Shown here in pieces: positions 47,826 to 52,652 of a DNA stretch of 52,652 nucleotides. The position numbers and the translations under genes were made by a program. The stretch spans positions 1 through 52,652 of the forward strand of contig WJIJ01000082.1 of the NCBI GenBank assembly GCA_014730345.1. Direction: 5' to 3'. Below the pieces are notes generated by a model. That model had not been told where the DNA came from, made no database searches, and was given only the letters and a program-made list of their open reading frames with translations. Position 1 is the first letter of the stretch. Every line of letters begins with the position of its first letter. The DNA comes from Candidatus Zixiibacteriota bacterium (GTDB taxonomy: Bacteria; Zixibacteria; MSB-5A5; UM-FILTER-46-8).

Positions 47826-48831
47826 CTAAATCGTCCTTTCCTCTGGAGGCGACAACGATCTGGCCTTCCTCCTGGAGCCTTCGAATAGTTTCCACGATTT
47901 TCTGTTGCGCGGATTCGACATCGCTAAGCCGCATCGGGCCCATAAACTCCATTTCTTCCTGGACCATTACCGCTACACGCTCGGAAACATTGCTGAATAT
48001 TTTAGCCTTTAGTTCTTCAGATGCCGCTTTAAGGGCCATGGAAAGATCTTTGGTCTCCACTTCTTTGATAACCCGCTGGATGGAACGGTCATCGAGAAGT
48101 ATAACATCCTCAAACACGAACATGAGATTTTTAATCTCGCCGGCGAGTTCGGGATCAATGTTTTCAATAGCTTCCAGAATCATCTTCTCAGATGAAGTTT
48201 CCACCAGGTTGAGGATATCGGCAATCGTCTTGGTGCCTCCGGAAATTGAAAGGGCTTTGGTTCCAGAAGCTTCGAAGTGGGCTTCGAGCACCCCCTCAAT
48301 TTCAGAAATAACCTCCGGGGATATCTTTTCCATGGTGGCAATTCTCAACGAGACATCAGCCTGTAACTCCGGTGGAAGTTCGGCCAGCACCGCCGAGGCA
48401 TGCTGGGACTGGAGCTGGGTGAGAATCAGCGCTATGGTCTGCGGGTGTTCGTTCTGTATAAAGTTTATAAGCTGGCGCGGGTCGATATTTTTAAGCATCT
48501 CAAACCCGGTAGCCTTAAGGTTGTTTTCCAGCTTGTTCAAAATATCAACCGCCCTGTTTTTGCCCACTGAATCCTCAAGGATTTTCCTGGCATAATCAAG
48601 TCCGCCCTGGCTGATATACTCCCGCGCGCGAATAAGCTGGTATACTTCTTTCAGGACCTGTTGTTCTACTTCCGGCGGAATATCTCTAAGGTTGGCGACA
48701 TTTACGGTAATAGCTTCGATATCATTATCATCAAGATGTTTCAATATCTTCGCGGAGGTCTCCTGCCCCAGTGCCACCAAAATTACCGCTGCCCGTTGAG
48801 CCGGATTCAGATCTTCGTATTTTAAAGCCAA
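47818..48831 (-). CDS. fliG: rotor protein FliG
   Basis: EHPQTIALIL, MFVFED, GPMRLSDVE; torque-helix charges retained. Confidence 0.97.
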   Translation of the reverse strand: MALKYEDLNPAQRAAVILVALGQETSAKILKHLDDNDIEAITVNVANLRDIPPEVEQQVLKEVYQLIRAREYISQGGLDYARKILEDSVGKNRAVDILNKLENNLKATGFEMLKNIDPRQLINFIQNEHPQTIALILTQLQSQHASAVLAELPPELQADVSLRIATMEKISPEVISEIEGVLEAHFEASGTKALSISGGTKTIADILNLVETSSEKMILEAIENIDPELAGEIKNLMFVFEDVILLDDRSIQRVIKEVETKDLSMALKAASEELKAKIFSNVSERVAVMVQEEMEFMGPMRLSDVESAQQKIVETIRRLQEEGQIVVASRGKDDLVV

Positions 48832-48834
48832 TTC

Positions 48835-50388
48835 CTACTCCTCCGACAAAATCGTCTTAATAACTCTGGCCATCTCTTCAGGACTTTCATTGGCGGCTAC
48901 GATTATCTGGTCGATAAGCTTGGGTTTCTTAAGCTCTTTGGAAAGCGAAGCCGCGTCTTCTTCCTGAAGCATCTTCTCGTGCTGTTCTTTTCTTTCTTTC
49001 TGACGCATCTTGTATCTCAGGTAATACTTTCTTCCGAAAAATATTAACGCGACTGCCAGTAAAAGTTTTACGCCATAAGAGATGTACATATTCAGGTTCC
49101 TGCGCATCTCCAGGTTCTTTTCCTTGACTAATCGCATCTGTTCATCAGTATTGTCGAACTTAAGGTTCTCTATTTTAAACTGGTCGTTGCGTTCAGAACT
49201 GTAACCCACGGCATGTTTGACGATATTGCCCAGGCTTTCCATTTCCTGGGTAGTCCGGGGAATGTACTTCATTCCAAATTCGTCAGCTTCTTCTCCTTCG
49301 CCAGCGGGTAAATAGGTTCCATCCACGGTAACCGCCACAGACATCCTTTTAATATTTCCAATATCCCCTATAATGGATTCTATGGTTTTACTTACTTCGT
49401 AGTTTGTTGTAACCGTTTTGGCCGATGCTACCGCGTTTTCGGCAGTTTGCCGGTTTTCCTCGGTACTTCCGGAAGCCACCGGATTGCTTTCTTCGATCTG
49501 CTCCTGGCTTCGAATAGCGGTCATTTCCGGATCATAAGATTCGATGGTGCGCTGAACCTGGTCGAAATCGAGTTCAATAGAAACTTTTACTATGGAATTA
49601 TCTTTGCCAAGGACATCATCGAGCATGCTCTTTGCTTTATTCTCCAGATAGTCCTCGACATTACGCTGTATCTGGATCTGTTTAGCGGATTCCATTACAA
49701 TGGAATTTTCATCTTTATTCGGGGCCAGGAGATTGCTAAACTGATCAACAATGGTTATGTTATCATCGGTCAAACCTTCGACGCTCGATGCCACAAGGTG
49801 TACCATTCCCTGTATCTTGGCCTTGGATAGGGAATTACTGGTACTAAGTTTGAGCATAATGGAAGCGCTGGGGTCTTTCTGGTCCATGGCGAAAAGCCGC
49901 CTTTCAGGAATAACCAGGTGAACGCGCGCTTCATCAACCGATTCCAACTCCTGTATAGACCTGGCAAGCTCGCCCTCAAGCGCCCTGCGGAAATTTACCT
50001 TTTGGACAAAATCGGTCATTCCAAGGTTGGTTTCATCGAAAATCTCGAAACCGATATGCTTGGAGTTCGGAAAGCCGTCGGAGGCGAGTTTCATACGGGC
50101 ATCGTAAACGGCTTCTTCGGGAACCTGAATAGTTGTTCCATCCTGGGAGACTTTGTAAGATATCTTATACTCATCAAGTTTCGTGGTAATATCCCCCGCG
50201 GCAACCAGATCCAGGTTTGTGTACAGGTTTTTATAATCGGAGCTGAATGCCCAGAACATCGAAGCAAGCCCAACTCCTATAACCGCCGCGACTCCTATTA
50301 TAATGAATATTTTATTATTAGGAGATAGTCCATCGAATTGCTTCTTAATCGATGATAAATACTTTTTTACAATAGCTAATGGCTCCAT
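48835..50388 (-). CDS. fliF: MS-ring protein FliF
   Basis: GFEIFD, RALEGELARSI, ARVHLVIP; two TM helices. Confidence 0.97.
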   Translation of the reverse strand: MEPLAIVKKYLSSIKKQFDGLSPNNKIFIIIGVAAVIGVGLASMFWAFSSDYKNLYTNLDLVAAGDITTKLDEYKISYKVSQDGTTIQVPEEAVYDARMKLASDGFPNSKHIGFEIFDETNLGMTDFVQKVNFRRALEGELARSIQELESVDEARVHLVIPERRLFAMDQKDPSASIMLKLSTSNSLSKAKIQGMVHLVASSVEGLTDDNITIVDQFSNLLAPNKDENSIVMESAKQIQIQRNVEDYLENKAKSMLDDVLGKDNSIVKVSIELDFDQVQRTIESYDPEMTAIRSQEQIEESNPVASGSTEENRQTAENAVASAKTVTTNYEVSKTIESIIGDIGNIKRMSVAVTVDGTYLPAGEGEEADEFGMKYIPRTTQEMESLGNIVKHAVGYSSERNDQFKIENLKFDNTDEQMRLVKEKNLEMRRNLNMYISYGVKLLLAVALIFFGRKYYLRYKMRQKERKEQHEKMLQEEDAASLSKELKKPKLIDQIIVAANESPEEMARVIKTILSEE

Positions 50389-50404
50389 CGTCCCTTTCTT
50401 TCAC

Positions 50405-50707
50405 CTATAGCGGCATACGCATCAATGTTTGGTAACTTTCTAAAAGCTTGTTTCTTATCTCCATGACCAGGTTGAACGCAATGGACGCTTCCTCAACGGC
50501 AACCATTACGGTGTGAAGATCCTGTATCTCCCCCAGCAGAAATTTCTCCTGGGTTTCACCGGCATGTTTCTGCAAAGTATTCGTTTCCGTGATCAATCCC
50601 TTTAATACGTCAGCGAATCCCTTATCAATTGTCTTTGGCGCGAATGGCCTGGGGATACCCTTGGTAATTAAAGGCCCTTCTAATCGAGTCGTTCTGAAGT
50701 CATTCAT
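50405..50707 (-). CDS. fliE: FliE
   Basis: DLHTVMVA..EIRNKLLESYQTLMRM. Confidence 0.95.
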   Translation of the reverse strand: MNDFRTTRLEGPLITKGIPRPFAPKTIDKGFADVLKGLITETNTLQKHAGETQEKFLLGEIQDLHTVMVAVEEASIAFNLVMEIRNKLLESYQTLMRMPL

Positions 50708-50712
50708 AAAAT

Positions 50713-51195
50713 CTAAGCCTTAATGTCTATGTATTTTCCCTTAATCCCATCATTTTCAGTATCCACGCGCCTTTTATCGTAGTCATTGAATAAACTCTTC
50801 ACCGAAGTCCTGGCAGGTCTTGAAGCCTTTTCGTGGACATCTATCGATGGGAAAAGTTCATTAATCAATTCCTTCTCGGCGCTGTTCAAATACTGGGTGA
50901 AATCAGCTGCTTCGGACAATTGCCCGCGGAAATCCTGCCTGCCAAACTCCACGCTTTTCGAGGACGGTTCACTTATCCGGTTGCCCTTATCACCCAGTGG
51001 GAACAAGTTACTGATAAGGACCTTTTCAGCGTTGTTCAAGTAATCGGAAAAGGTAGCTTTTCCTGTTTTCCGTGTAGATTCTGCCCTTTGTTCCCCGGGT
51101 GTTTTAAGAGCCTTCGCGCGCTGAGAGCGCTGTGTGTCCGAAGGCCTTATAATCCTCGGGTTGATGTTCTGGTTTTTTAACGACGATACATCCAT
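50713..51195 (-). CDS. hypothetical protein between flgC and fliE with an internal repeat
   Basis: tight operon spacing; repeats FSDYLNNAEKVLISNLFP / FTQYLNSAEKELINELFP; C-terminal KGKYIDIKA. Confidence 0.75.
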   Translation of the reverse strand: MDVSSLKNQNINPRIIRPSDTQRSQRAKALKTPGEQRAESTRKTGKATFSDYLNNAEKVLISNLFPLGDKGNRISEPSSKSVEFGRQDFRGQLSEAADFTQYLNSAEKELINELFPSIDVHEKASRPARTSVKSLFNDYDKRRVDTENDGIKGKYIDIKA

Positions 51196-51206
51196 TCCCT
51201 AATCCC

Positions 51207-51701
51207 TCAAATATCAAGTGCTTTTTTCGCCATGTTCTTGCTGGCTTCTATTGACACAATGTTTGCTTCATACGCCCGGGACGCGACCATCATATCAACC
51301 ATCTCACCCATGATATTGATATCGGGGAGTTTGACATAGCCGTTTTCATCGGCATCGCGATGACCCGGATCGTAAACTAACTTAAACTTTGTTTCCGGAT
51401 CCCTCTGTTCGGAAGTTTGAACTTTAGAGAGATCAGCCCCCTTATCGCTTTTAATCTTCTTTTGGCCTAAATGCCTCGGATTAGTCTGCGCCATACGAAT
51501 CGAAGCCTGCCGCAACTCTTCATTGAAAACCCTTACGCTGGGGTCTTCATCGAAAAATACCCGTCTTCTCTTATAAAAGGTGCCGTCCGGCCCCCGGGTA
51601 GTCTCCGCGTTGGCTATATTCGAAGATACCGCATCCATCCGCTGGCGTTGTGCCGACATTCCACTTGCGCTTATCCTGAAAGATGTAAAAATCCCACTCA
51701 T
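51207..51701 (-). CDS. flgC: rod protein FlgC
   Basis: SASGMSAQRQRMDAVSSNIANAETT; YDPGHRDADENGYV; ASRAYEAN. Confidence 0.97.
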   Translation of the reverse strand: MSGIFTSFRISASGMSAQRQRMDAVSSNIANAETTRGPDGTFYKRRRVFFDEDPSVRVFNEELRQASIRMAQTNPRHLGQKKIKSDKGADLSKVQTSEQRDPETKFKLVYDPGHRDADENGYVKLPDINIMGEMVDMMVASRAYEANIVSIEASKNMAKKALDI

Positions 51702-51713
51702 AATTACCCCCTG

Positions 51714-52130
51714 CTATCTGCCCTTGATAGCAGATGTTAATCCTTTAAATTTTCCGGCCAACAGCCTGGAAGCAGTGTTATAAATAATCTGGTTCTCGGC
51801 TATTTCGCCCATTTCTTTATCTACATCAACGTTATTAACACCGTTGAAACTTTCCTTGCTATTGTCTGTATGGATCTGTATCGCTTTCGGTTTCTTACTG
51901 CTTTCCAGATGCCTGGGATCTGTCTTCTTGAGCTCCAATTTCTCATTTTTAGATAGAATCAACTTTTCCATCTCGTTGTCGAAATTCACGAAGCGGCGTT
52001 TGTATCCTGGAGTGGATATGTTGGAAATATTAGCCGCGGTGCTTTTATGCCTGACTGAAGAGACGTCAAGAACCTTATTAAATAGAGGAATTTTAACGCC
52101 TTGTATTATTTTTGATTGAATCAGTCCCAT
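51714..52130 (-). CDS. flgB: rod protein FlgB
   Basis: ANISNISTPGYK; NNVDVDKEM. Confidence 0.95.
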   Translation of the reverse strand: MGLIQSKIIQGVKIPLFNKVLDVSSVRHKSTAANISNISTPGYKRRFVNFDNEMEKLILSKNEKLELKKTDPRHLESSKKPKAIQIHTDNSKESFNGVNNVDVDKEMGEIAENQIIYNTASRLLAGKFKGLTSAIKGR

Positions 52131-52161
52131 TTATCGCTCCTTTTTATCCGACATCCTTTAA

Positions 52162-52178
52162 AGCAAAGGCCGTACCAA
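52162..52178 (-). promoter_or_regulatory. sigma-54 promoter of the flgB operon
   Basis: TTGGTACG-GCCT-TTGCT. Confidence 0.82.
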
Positions 52179-52289
52179 AATAAAAAACCTGCCGAACTAT
52201 AAGCTATCTCATTGTACGCCATTTACTTAAAATTTTAGAATAAAGTAATGTTTTTTAAATGCGGGGATTTTATCCAAGTTCGGGGGGAA

Positions 52290-52652
52290 TTAATTGCCTT
52301 CCGCCGGGAAAATATTGCTCTCCAACAATTCGTCATAAGCGGAGGGTTCGAATTGGCTTGCCTCGGCCCTGAGTACTACAATATCGGTTCTACGATTCTT
52401 CCGGCGATTCTCGATGGTATCGTTAGGTCCTATTGGACGGTGTTCGCCGTAACCGAGAGCGGAAACTTTGTCAGGGTTTATACCACAGCTTTCAACCAGG
52501 AACCTTAGAACAGTCGTAGCCCGCGCGGTGGAAAGCTCCCAATTGGAAGGAAATTCGGGAGTATTAATGGGAATATTGTCAGTATGTCCTTCGATCCTGA
52601 TATCATTGGGAATTTTGGTCAGTATCTTGGAAAGTTTTAACAGTATTCCCTG
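52290..52652 (-). CDS. motB: MotB C-terminal OmpA-like domain (5'-truncated by the window edge; not in the ORF track)
   Basis: manual translation IRIEGHTDNIPI..FPSNWELSTARA..GYGEHRP..NRRKNRRTDI; TAA at 52290-52292. Confidence 0.9.
   Translation of the reverse strand, partial: QGILLKLSKILTKIPNDIRIEGHTDNIPINTPEFPSNWELSTARATTVLRFLVESCGINPDKVSALGYGEHRPIGPNDTIENRRKNRRTDIVVLRAEASQFEPSAYDELLESNIFPAEGN

Noticed and set aside
31077-50388. Non-flagellar type III secretion system
   Set aside because: Rod, hook, L/P-ring, FliG/FliM, FlgK/FlgL and MotB genes identify it as flagellar

Overview
Chromosomal window, almost entirely on the minus strand, from a diderm bacterium. A T9SS-type C-terminal sorting domain, a PorV/FadL-like barrel and a Bacteroidota-style bS22 point to the FCB superphylum, possibly Zixibacteria-like; this placement is an inference. 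About 11.2-52.6 kb is one large flagellar cluster in transcription order: 'motB, flgBC-hyp-fliEFGHIJ, motE-like-fliK-flgD-TIGR02530-flgE-flbD-fliLMNOPQ, fliR-flhBAFG-fliA, then flgFGAHIJNK-csrA-flgL-fliW. Sigma-54-like and sigma-28-like promoters are readable. Flagellin, fliD, fliS, flgM and che genes are not in the window. Between fliA and flgF lies an unusual 8-gene signalling block: a DUF2225-like protein, PilZ, a CsgG/FlgT-like exported protein, a His-less GAF-DHp protein, a GAF kinase with a degenerate ATP-binding domain, two stand-alone receivers and a 130-aa degenerate MCP-like hairpin. FlhF and FlhG both carry substitutions that look inactivating. The left 11 kb holds housekeeping and accessory genes: GH57, TPR protein, outer-membrane barrel, proS, tRNA-Arg(CCG), a methyltransferase-Zn finger fusion, a T9SS cargo, YfcE, a 30-aa bS22-like ORF missing from the track, and HU. 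All family assignments come from motif recognition by eye, not database searches.
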